A stretch of DNA of 64,000 nt from a phage. How positions within the stretch are numbered: the first letter of the stretch is position 1; each line of letters opens with the position of its first letter. Shown in pieces: positions 18,512 to 27,075 of the stretch. The notes beneath the pieces were generated by a model that was given only the letters and a program-made list of their open reading frames with translations, was not told the origin of the DNA and ran no database searches. The position numbers were made by a program, and so were the translations under genes. The stretch is taken from assembly GCA_011911785.1 (NCBI GenBank), contig GCA_011911785.1_4084.1; one strand, 5' to 3'.

Positions 18512-19837
18512 ATGAGCGAACAACAAGATATCCTGAACGTAAAACTGACTCCTAAGAAAGCAAAAATGGCTATGGCTCTGGCAGATAAAATTCAGGATAG
18601 TCTGATGATTTGGGGTAGCCCTGGTATCGGTAAGTCTGCGATTGCACGTCAATACGCTGACGAGAACTATCCTCTTCGTAAGGATAACTTGGCTAAAATC
18701 GAGTTCATGAAACAACAAATTGAAGTTGATACTGAAAATGCTGATGCACTTCGCCGCGAACTGGCAGCGTTTGAAGCAAAACTGATTGACCAAGACACTA
18801 ACTTCATCGACTTCCGTTTGTCACAGATTGAACCAAGTGACCTACGTGGTATCCCAGTCCCTGAAAAAGTGTTCCTGGATATGGATGGCAAACAACTGAT
18901 TGAATCTGAACTGGAAACAGCTAAAGATTACATTGCTGAAACAGCAGTTGTATGGGCAGCACCTAAAGTACTGAAACTGTCTCCAGATTGGAAAGGTGTT
19001 ATCCTGTTTGACGAAATTAACTCTGCTATGCCGATTGTACAGGCAGCGTCTTATCAGCTAATCCTCGACCGTTGTGTTGGTGAGATGAAGCTACCTAAGA
19101 CTGCACTGATTCTCGCAGCAGGTAACCGTGAAACTGATGGCGGCGTAACGTTCTCTCTGGCAACGCCACTACGTGACCGTATGACCCACATCGAAATGGT
19201 TCCTTACCATCAAGATTGGATTGACGATTACGCGATTGCTAAGCGTTTGAACCCAGGTACTGTTGCGTTCATCAACAACACTGGTGCTAAGTACTTCAAC
19301 ACCCTTAGCCCACAAGATCCTTCTCACAGTGGTGGTACTTCTCCACGTTCATGGGAAGCAGTAGCACGCTACGAAGACCTGAAGAAAGGCAACAACATTG
19401 ATAAAGAAGTGTTCCGTGCTCTAATCGCTGGTCGTGTTGGTGAAGGTGTAGCAACTGAATATATCGAATACGTAGAAAACGTATCTAAACTACCAGATAC
19501 TATGTCCATCCTACAGGGTGAGATTAAAGAGATTGATGCAACGCTGGATATTTCTGCGAACTACTTCATCTCTCTGAATCTGGTTTATAAAATTATCGAC
19601 CTGTACAATGAGAAGCAAGAACAACGTCTTCCAGTTGAAGAGTGGGGCAAGCTGTGCAACAACTTCATCACCTTCCTGGACCGTAACTTCTCCGAAACTC
19701 AGGCAGAACTGGCAGTACTAGCAATTCGTACCATCACTCAACATAAGGTAGCGATTGCGTACAAAGATGTTCCAGCGTTCAAAGACTTCGTTATGAAGTA
19801 CTCTGACCTAGTACGCAAAGCACGTTCTCTTGGTTAA
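18512..19837 (+). CDS. MoxR-like AAA+ ATPase
   Basis: Walker A GSPGIGKS, Walker B ILFDEIN, single AAA module, 441 aa. Confidence 0.85.
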   Translation: MSEQQDILNVKLTPKKAKMAMALADKIQDSLMIWGSPGIGKSAIARQYADENYPLRKDNLAKIEFMKQQIEVDTENADALRRELAAFEAKLIDQDTNFIDFRLSQIEPSDLRGIPVPEKVFLDMDGKQLIESELETAKDYIAETAVVWAAPKVLKLSPDWKGVILFDEINSAMPIVQAASYQLILDRCVGEMKLPKTALILAAGNRETDGGVTFSLATPLRDRMTHIEMVPYHQDWIDDYAIAKRLNPGTVAFINNTGAKYFNTLSPQDPSHSGGTSPRSWEAVARYEDLKKGNNIDKEVFRALIAGRVGEGVATEYIEYVENVSKLPDTMSILQGEIKEIDATLDISANYFISLNLVYKIIDLYNEKQEQRLPVEEWGKLCNNFITFLDRNFSETQAELAVLAIRTITQHKVAIAYKDVPAFKDFVMKYSDLVRKARSLG

Positions 19838-19911
19838 TAACTAAAAGAATGTTTGACAAGAAGGATGCCACATGGTATCCTTCTTTTATCTTAACTAAAC
19901 GAGGAAATATC

Positions 19912-21315
19912 ATGTCCGATAAGAAATTTAGCGACGTAACACCACAACTCCAGAAAGAATGCCAAGACCGTTTGATTCTTGCTCGTACTTCTCTGATGTT
20001 AACTGCTCCATTCTTTGGTGTACTGGCTTCACGTCTGCGTCCAGTTGCAAACAATACATGGTGTCGTACCTTAGCAGTAGATGGTAAACATTTATTCTAT
20101 AACGTAGAATTTATCATGGGTATTCAAGACCCAAGCAAGAAAGAAGCATACGAAGAAGCAATTCGTGAGAAGCATCCTGAAGTAACTGAAGAACAATTGA
20201 AAGAAATGACCGAAGGTTTGACTGATGAAAACCTGATTGCAGTTATCTGTCATGAAATTCTTCACTGTGCATACGATCACTTCCTTCGTCGTGGTATGCG
20301 TGACCCACAACGCTACAACCGTGCAGCAGACTACGCAATCAACCAAATTATTGTTCGTGAAAAAATTGGTAAGATTCAAAGTCAATGGTTGTATGATAAG
20401 AAGTATGATGGTATGACCGCCGAAGAGATTTATATTCTTCTAGAAGAAGAAGATAAACAAGATCAAGATGAAGGTGAAGGACAACCACAATCTGGTAGTG
20501 GTGAAGGTGAAGGTAAATCACGCGGTACTTTTGGTGATATCCAAAATGGTAAAGGCAAAGGCACTACCATTGACCAACACGATGTACCACAAGATGGTGA
20601 AGGTGGTGCATCTGAAGCACAAAAACGTGAATACATGGACGATTTCAAAACAGCAATGATGAATGCTGCTCGTGCAGGTGGTACTCCTGCTGAAATCGCT
20701 CGTATGATCAATAACTTTAAAGAACCAAAAATTGACTGGCGTTCTAAACTTCAACGTACTCTTCGTAGCTGGTTGAAGTCCGATGCGACCTATCAAAGCC
20801 CAAGCCGCCGTTCGTGGGGTGCTGGTTTTGGTTCTAACGGTTCATTCTACGGGAATCCAATCTTCCCAGGTATGAAACCAGATGACGATATTGATATTGC
20901 AATTGCACTCGATGCATCAGGCTCTATCAGTGAAGATATGCTTCGTGATTTCATCAGTGAAGTACTAGGCATCACTAAACAATTCAAGCAGTTTAAAATT
21001 CGTATCATGACATTTGATACTGAAGTTTATACTGTGATGGATTATAAAACTGGTGAAGAACGTAAGATTCTTGAATATCCAGTTAAAGGTGGTGGCGGTA
21101 CTGACTTTGAAGCAGTTTGGGTTCACATGAAGCATGACAATTATAAGCCTAAACAGCTTATCATGTTTACCGATGGTGAACCGTGGCAGTCATGGGGTGA
21201 TCCTAACTACTGTAAAACACTGTTTGTGATTCACAGTAACCCGAACAAAGTAGCACCATTTGGTGAAACTGTTCACTACGAATATGAAGCGGACAAAAAA
21301 CGCCAACGTTCGTAA
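19912..21315 (+). CDS. VWA-domain protein with N-terminal HExxH (DUF2201-type putative metallopeptidase) domain
   Basis: HEILHCAYDH motif; MIDAS motif DASGSIS; ORF track 19849..21315, ATG 19912 after GAGGA. Confidence 0.8.
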   Translation: MSDKKFSDVTPQLQKECQDRLILARTSLMLTAPFFGVLASRLRPVANNTWCRTLAVDGKHLFYNVEFIMGIQDPSKKEAYEEAIREKHPEVTEEQLKEMTEGLTDENLIAVICHEILHCAYDHFLRRGMRDPQRYNRAADYAINQIIVREKIGKIQSQWLYDKKYDGMTAEEIYILLEEEDKQDQDEGEGQPQSGSGEGEGKSRGTFGDIQNGKGKGTTIDQHDVPQDGEGGASEAQKREYMDDFKTAMMNAARAGGTPAEIARMINNFKEPKIDWRSKLQRTLRSWLKSDATYQSPSRRSWGAGFGSNGSFYGNPIFPGMKPDDDIDIAIALDASGSISEDMLRDFISEVLGITKQFKQFKIRIMTFDTEVYTVMDYKTGEERKILEYPVKGGGGTDFEAVWVHMKHDNYKPKQLIMFTDGEPWQSWGDPNYCKTLFVIHSNPNKVAPFGETVHYEYEADKKRQRS

Positions 21316-21325
21316 AAATAAATAT

Positions 21326-21355
21326 AGAGAACGATTCGTCGTTCTCTTTTATTTT
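21326..21355 (+). terminator. Rho-independent terminator
   Basis: Perfect 9-bp stem agagaacga/tcgttctct, loop ttcg, followed by tttatttt. Confidence 0.75.
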
Positions 21356-21361
21356 ATAATT

Positions 21362-21389
21362 GGGACAACCCAATTAACTATGATATAAT
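21362..21389 (+). promoter_or_regulatory. Sigma70-like promoter (GGGACA - 16 nt - TGaTATAAT)
   Basis: gggaca 21362-21367, tataat 21384-21389; -35 lies inside palindrome aattgggacaacccaatt (21358-21375). Confidence 0.5.
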
Positions 21390-21422
21390 GGAAATTGTAA
21401 TAACATACATGGAGAGTAATAT

Positions 21423-21665
21423 ATGAGTACTGAAAACAATGCACAAGACGAAGTAATCCTAGACCTAGTTGACCTAATCAACGCTGCTCGTATTATGGAA
21501 TCTGCGGTTGCACGTAATGCGTTTCAAGTTGATGAACTAGTGAACGTAGCACCAATTGTTTCCAAGTTCGTTAAATTTGCTGATAAAGCACTTGCTGATA
21601 TCAAAGAACGTGAAGAAGCTGCTGCTCAAGCACAAGATACCGCTGGTACAGAAGGGGAAGAATAA
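21423..21665 (+). CDS. Hypothetical protein (80 aa)
   Basis: ORF track; GGAGAG SD. Confidence 0.5.
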   Translation: MSTENNAQDEVILDLVDLINAARIMESAVARNAFQVDELVNVAPIVSKFVKFADKALADIKEREEAAAQAQDTAGTEGEE

Positions 21666-22321
21666 TGGCTGCTATTCGTCACACAGGTGTAATTCGTAAT
21701 ACTGGTTCTCGTGTTTTCGTTGTTTGGCGTTCACTTCCAGATGATCATGATCATTGTCTAGTTGTGTATCGTGACTCACTTCCAGAAGCATATGTATCTG
21801 CTGTAACCGATTTAGTTATGGGTCGTGGACAAGCTTCTGTTGAACTTTGGGAAGTTATGCATCAAGTAGGTTATCTCGATGGTCGTAAAATGCTAGATGT
21901 TCTTCACAATCTACAATATCTACGTAAAGTCCGTACTTGTGATATTGACATGCACACTGGCGGTAACAACAAGATTTCACTTGATGTACTGAATGATGCA
22001 ATCGACGGTAATGAAAGTAAAAAACATGAAGATGGTAAAGTAAAAGATTACAACCCATTCAATCCACAAGTTCAAGATACAAAAGTCGAAGATGAAACTA
22101 TTGTTGATGAACTACTAAAAACTGCTGCAAAATATGATCAACTAGCTAAAGAGCATTATGAGCGTGCTTATAACCTAGAACCTTCTCTTCGTCCCAACGA
22201 AACGATTGTGAAAACTGATTCTGATAAGAAAGTTTTTTACATTGAACTTCCAGAAGGTATTTCTCAAACCAAAGCAATTGAGAAACTAAAACTTGTTTTT
22301 GCAGAGCGTAAGAATGGCTAA
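21665..22321 (+). CDS. Hypothetical protein (218 aa)
   Basis: ORF track. Confidence 0.5.
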   Translation: MAAIRHTGVIRNTGSRVFVVWRSLPDDHDHCLVVYRDSLPEAYVSAVTDLVMGRGQASVELWEVMHQVGYLDGRKMLDVLHNLQYLRKVRTCDIDMHTGGNNKISLDVLNDAIDGNESKKHEDGKVKDYNPFNPQVQDTKVEDETIVDELLKTAAKYDQLAKEHYERAYNLEPSLRPNETIVKTDSDKKVFYIELPEGISQTKAIEKLKLVFAERKNG

Positions 22322-22619
22322 AGTTACTAGAGAAGATATCATTCTCAAAATAACTGAAGAAAGACAGAAACAAATAGATAATCCAAATACATTATCTGAT
22401 ACACTTAAAACAAAGAATGATTGGGCTTCCTTATGTGCCTATTATCTCTTCGAAGGGGCAACTCGCCCCGATAAGCATGTATCATTCGATGAATTTAGAG
22501 AGTCCTTAATCAAAGCTGGTGCTGTCATTTTGGCAGCCCTTGAAACCAGTTTCGCATTAGAGGATGAGAAATTACAAGAATTAATGTCTGCTTTGGAACA
22601 TAAGAATGACGATAAATGA
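22314..22619 (+). CDS. Hypothetical protein (~101 aa)
   Basis: ORF track 22293..22619; ATG 22314 overlaps upstream stop. Confidence 0.5.
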   Translation: MAKVTREDIILKITEERQKQIDNPNTLSDTLKTKNDWASLCAYYLFEGATRPDKHVSFDEFRESLIKAGAVILAALETSFALEDEKLQELMSALEHKNDDK

Positions 22620-23196
22620 ACTTGATGAAGCAATCAAGGGATTAACTAATACATTTTATAGCGGTGGTGCACAAGGTGCAGACCGCTTTTTCACTTTATA
22701 TGCTATGGAAAATGGTTTTAATGTAATTAACTTTTCATTCAAAAATCATAATCATAGTGTTGATGAAAGTACTATATTAGAAATCCCATCTTATATTTTG
22801 AATGATAGTTCTATTCTACATCAACTAAACATGGCATGTTATTCATTACAACGCCGTGTACCTAAACCTGGCTCGTATGTTTATAATCTATTAGCTCGTA
22901 ATAGATATCAAATTTTAAACACAGAGAGAGTTTATTGTATGGCTTCACTGGCTTCACCTACTCAAGTTAGTGGTGGTACTGCATGGGCTGTACAAATGTA
23001 TATTGACAGTACTGATAATCCTGAAATATACTGCTATGACATTAATGACAGAAAAGTATATTCATATAATCCAGTACTAAAAGAATTCGAAGAAACCGCA
23101 TCAGTACCTAAGCCGCATGGAAATTGGACGGGAATAGGCTCAAGAAATGCACAAGAAAAGCATATGATGCACTTTACAACATTTTTTCAAGGATGA
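22606..23196 (+). CDS. Hypothetical protein, possible Rossmann-like nucleotide-binding (SLOG/DprA-like) fold
   Basis: Motifs YSGGAQGADRFF and VSGGTAWAVQMY; assignment tentative. Confidence 0.4.
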   Translation: MTINELDEAIKGLTNTFYSGGAQGADRFFTLYAMENGFNVINFSFKNHNHSVDESTILEIPSYILNDSSILHQLNMACYSLQRRVPKPGSYVYNLLARNRYQILNTERVYCMASLASPTQVSGGTAWAVQMYIDSTDNPEIYCYDINDRKVYSYNPVLKEFEETASVPKPHGNWTGIGSRNAQEKHMMHFTTFFQG

Positions 23197-23199
23197 ACA

Positions 23200-24129
23200 A
23201 TGAAACAACTACAAGAACTATATCAAAAAATTCTGGATGAAGGCGTAGAAAGTACTGATCGTACAGGTGTAGGTACTATCAAACTAATCGGTCAACAAAT
23301 GCGTTTTGACCTTCAACAAGGCTTTCCAGCAGTGACAACCAAACGTTTAGCTTGGAAAGCAATGACTTCAGAATTATTATGGTTCATTGAAGGTTCTCAT
23401 GATGAGCGTCGCTTGTGTGAAATTCTACACGGCACTCGTGATTGGGAAAAGAAAACAATTTGGACAGACAACTACCTTAATCAAGGTGTAGCTCTTGGAT
23501 ATTCTAATGGTGAGCTTGGACCAGTTTATGGTAAGCAATGGCGTGAATGGGAAGATTATAAATTCAGTGCCAGTACTGTAGAAATTCAGGAATTGAAAGA
23601 TAAAGGTTATAAAGTAATTGATTATACTGGTTCACATGGTGTTGTTATGCGTCGTGTTACTGACCAACTAAAACAAGTCATTGAAGGTATCAAAGCAGAT
23701 CCATACGGTCGTCGTCACATTCTAAGTGCCTGGAACGTTGGTGAGCTTGATGATATGACTTTACCACCCTGTCATAGCTTCGTACAGTTTTGTGTCGTAC
23801 AGGGTAAGCTAAGCTGTATTCTGCATCAACGTTCAGCAGATCTATTTTTGGGCGTACCATTTAACATTAGTAGCTATTCACTACTAACACATATGATTGC
23901 TCAAATTACAGGTTTAGATGTTGGTGAGTTTATTTGGAATGGTGGTGATTGTCACATTTACAAAAACCACGTTGAACAAGTAAAAGAACAACTTCAACGT
24001 GAACCACGTGAATTACCAGAACTATGGCTAGATCCTTCAATTACCGATATTGAAGATTTTACAATGGATTCTTTCAAACTTTTGAATTACAATCCAATGC
24101 CAACAATTAAAGCACCAATGGCTGTATAA
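23200..24129 (+). CDS. thyA: Thymidylate synthase
   Basis: Signature ELLWFIEGS and active-site region PPCHSFVQFCV...SCILHQRSADLFLGVPFNISSYSLL. Confidence 0.95.
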   Translation: MKQLQELYQKILDEGVESTDRTGVGTIKLIGQQMRFDLQQGFPAVTTKRLAWKAMTSELLWFIEGSHDERRLCEILHGTRDWEKKTIWTDNYLNQGVALGYSNGELGPVYGKQWREWEDYKFSASTVEIQELKDKGYKVIDYTGSHGVVMRRVTDQLKQVIEGIKADPYGRRHILSAWNVGELDDMTLPPCHSFVQFCVVQGKLSCILHQRSADLFLGVPFNISSYSLLTHMIAQITGLDVGEFIWNGGDCHIYKNHVEQVKEQLQREPRELPELWLDPSITDIEDFTMDSFKLLNYNPMPTIKAPMAV

Positions 24130-24136
24130 TAGAAAA

Positions 24137-24162
24137 GGGAGACAAATGTCTCCCTTTTTTTT
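24137..24162. terminator. Bidirectional rho-independent terminator between convergent genes
   Basis: Hairpin gggagac-aaat-gtctccc flanked by A-run upstream and T8 downstream. Confidence 0.75.
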
Positions 24163-26134
24163 ATTTCACGGTTACTAATGTTCTTCCTGCAAAACGAACA
24201 TCAGGAGAAGAAGGAATACTATAAACTACACCAGTTAATGTAAACTTAACACTATCAACATCAACTTTAACAAATTCATCAGTTGCTACTTGTTCTTGAA
24301 TTTCAGCATTAACTATATCAGTTTCTGGAACTGTCAGTCTGTAATATGCACCATCAAGTACCCAATTATCAACAGTGAATAATGTAGTTCTTACTGTACC
24401 AGAACCAATCGGAACCCATTTACCATCAACTTTCTGCATTGATGTTCTATTCTGTTCAGAGTACGCAATCATACCATCAACACCTTCACTGTCATTAACA
24501 GTTGTTAGTACTGGTAATTGGATACCATAACGGTTAATACGTGTACGCAACACATTACTGTCATATATAGATAAATCCGCATAACCACGAACATCCATAC
24601 GCAATTCACCGTTTAGTAGTTTCATATTAATATCGTTGGTAACGTGTGCAAATCTAAATGAATTACCACTGGTTAGCAGGATTCCATTAAAATTATTATT
24701 AGCATTGTTAAAATTAGTTTCTTTATTAAACGTGGACACCGAGTTAACTGTTAATAAATTAGTTGAACTACCAGTTCCTAATATAGTATTCCCTTTAACG
24801 TTCAAATTACCATTAGTTGTAACATTTGAAACCGCCGTAACATCACCCGTTAAAGTACTAATACCATCAACTTCTAAGTTTCCATGTAATTTGGTTACAC
24901 CATTTTGCATTTCAACTTGTACTTTGTTCATAGAACTAAATGACAAAATATTATTTTCCCCACTAATACCAACATTTGTATTAGAATTATTAGCAAAACG
25001 TAATGTTGGTGCGGTTGCGGGTGCAGTGGTGCTTTGATATAAATTCAAAGAACCGTTTGTTACTCGCACACGTTCAACACCTGCTGTGGTTAAACCAATA
25101 GCGGCATCTGCTGGGTGGAAAATACCAGTTTTTGTGTCAGTCCATTTACTTGGATCGTTTCCTGGGTTAGTATTTGGGTCATATGGAGCGTTATTAAAGC
25201 CTATAGCTGGCTCTGTAGCACTACCATAAGTTACCCCTAGTCTTCCTTTGCCTATCAGTCCATCATCAACCATAGAGTCACCAGTGCGGCGTAAGCCCTC
25301 TAATACGAGGTTATCTAAGGTAGTTTGAACTGTACCTGCGTTGGTACTGAATTGACGTTGACTACCAACCATGATAGTGTTATCATACAGTACTGAAGAA
25401 GCTGAAATACTAGCTCTTGACTGACGTAGGCGAATGTTTTTAGTTTCAGTGATGATAATCCAGTCACTATCAGCTAATGCAGTTTGGCCTTGTGGTGTCA
25501 AAGATGTATCAAAAGGTGTAGTGATTGATTCGTCTTGTGCCAAATTCACAAGACCTTCATGACCACTTGCTGGGATTGCAGTTGTTACAATACGAGCAAA
25601 CGCATAACTTACCAATTTTTTAGTTGGTTCAATTGGGTTTTGATCTATATAATATAGAATTTCAATCCAATCACCTTGACCAGTTGGGTTCACTGGTGTG
25701 AATTTAACTGGGCTGGTTGTAGGGGTATTTTGTGTATAGTGCTCTTGTGCGGCATCCATAATACCACGAACTACATAATAATCACCATTCAAAGAAACTG
25801 ATGGTGCAGGTAATGCAGCATAGGATGCTGGTGGGTTTGTATCATCTTCAATTGCATCATATGTACCAAGGAATTGCAATCCACTTGTTACAGAATCTGG
25901 TAATTGAGATGACAATAGTTTACCATTTGCATCTAGGTTTGCAAAACGTCTATACGCAACTGAACCATCTTCAAATTCGAGAACACCTTCGAATGCTTTC
26001 CATTCAGTGTTGTATCGAATCATACCTGTACGCATTTGGTCTGCTGTTACTATCGTTGGGGCTTTTGGTAGTTCAAGGAATGCTTTGCTATCTATGATAA
26101 CACCACCATCACCACGAATTCTATTAATTGACAT
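24161..26134 (-). CDS. Tail fibre protein (657 aa)
   Basis: ORF track; Thr/Asn/Gly-rich repetitive C-terminal half typical of fibre shafts; first gene of the fibre block. Confidence 0.5.
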   Translation of the reverse strand: MSINRIRGDGGVIIDSKAFLELPKAPTIVTADQMRTGMIRYNTEWKAFEGVLEFEDGSVAYRRFANLDANGKLLSSQLPDSVTSGLQFLGTYDAIEDDTNPPASYAALPAPSVSLNGDYYVVRGIMDAAQEHYTQNTPTTSPVKFTPVNPTGQGDWIEILYYIDQNPIEPTKKLVSYAFARIVTTAIPASGHEGLVNLAQDESITTPFDTSLTPQGQTALADSDWIIITETKNIRLRQSRASISASSVLYDNTIMVGSQRQFSTNAGTVQTTLDNLVLEGLRRTGDSMVDDGLIGKGRLGVTYGSATEPAIGFNNAPYDPNTNPGNDPSKWTDTKTGIFHPADAAIGLTTAGVERVRVTNGSLNLYQSTTAPATAPTLRFANNSNTNVGISGENNILSFSSMNKVQVEMQNGVTKLHGNLEVDGISTLTGDVTAVSNVTTNGNLNVKGNTILGTGSSTNLLTVNSVSTFNKETNFNNANNNFNGILLTSGNSFRFAHVTNDINMKLLNGELRMDVRGYADLSIYDSNVLRTRINRYGIQLPVLTTVNDSEGVDGMIAYSEQNRTSMQKVDGKWVPIGSGTVRTTLFTVDNWVLDGAYYRLTVPETDIVNAEIQEQVATDEFVKVDVDSVKFTLTGVVYSIPSSPDVRFAGRTLVTVK

Positions 26135-26215
26135 TATTGACTATCCTCATACAATTATATCAAGTATTTATTTTAAGAAAAAGAAAAGGCCAACCATAGT
26201 TGACCTTAGTGTTTA

Positions 26216-27004
26216 TTAATTACGTACTGGGATCTTAGATTGATCTGGATATACAAAAGTTGCTGCTTTTTGTGCATCAAAAATAGTAGTTGCTGCATCA
26301 ATTGCAGTTTGTTGTGCAGTTGCTGCATCAAAGTAACCGTCGATTTGTGCCAATAGACCATTGAAAATTTCAACCATCTCATCACCATCAACTGTTACAA
26401 TCTCACCACTATCTAGATAGATATTAATAGTTTGGGAGCCATTAATCGCTTGTGTATAATAGTTGTTTAACATCTGACGACCATTAACATCACTAGGGAA
26501 TGTTACATCAACTGTTCCGTCAGCATTTTTATAATGATAACCACTATTAATTAAATTATCTCGTTCATATGCGGTTCTTTGCTTCAAATCAGCTTTAACA
26601 TCAGCCAAATCCATATCAATGTAGGTTTGTGTTTTTACTGCTGTTAATGCTGCATATGGTGCTACTTCGGTTTCGTTAAATGTAACTACTGCATCACCTT
26701 CAATTTTGCGATATTCAAGGTATTCACCCTTTGAATTTCTATCACCAACAGATACATATTCTAACCACCAAAATCCTTCTTTCTTGCGAACTTCATCAGC
26801 ATTTTGTGGGATTACTGCATTTGGGGTTATTTTTATTCCATACAATGGTCTAATATCACTATATGTGTAATGATATTTACCATTAGGATCATTGGGTGGT
26901 TGTGGACTAAATGAAAGACCTTTTACATTTTTTGGATTTGAAATAATGCTTCCTAGTTTATAATCTGCTGTTGAACTACCACTTACATATGTAAATTGAG
27001 CCAT
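26216..27004 (-). CDS. Hypothetical tail-fibre-associated protein (262 aa)
   Basis: ORF track; embedded between fibre genes. Confidence 0.4.
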   Translation of the reverse strand: MAQFTYVSGSSTADYKLGSIISNPKNVKGLSFSPQPPNDPNGKYHYTYSDIRPLYGIKITPNAVIPQNADEVRKKEGFWWLEYVSVGDRNSKGEYLEYRKIEGDAVVTFNETEVAPYAALTAVKTQTYIDMDLADVKADLKQRTAYERDNLINSGYHYKNADGTVDVTFPSDVNGRQMLNNYYTQAINGSQTINIYLDSGEIVTVDGDEMVEIFNGLLAQIDGYFDAATAQQTAIDAATTIFDAQKAATFVYPDQSKIPVRN

Positions 27005-27075
27005 AATATTACCTCATTAAAAATTAAATTATTTACAAAGAGGTACAGGAAAAATCCTGTACCAATTATTTTATA

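Noticed and set aside
20463-20796. Minus-strand ORFs 20463-20711 and 20518-20796 and + ORF 20468-20659
   Set aside because: Embedded in the Gly/Glu/Lys-rich linker of the VWA gene; out-of-frame artefacts
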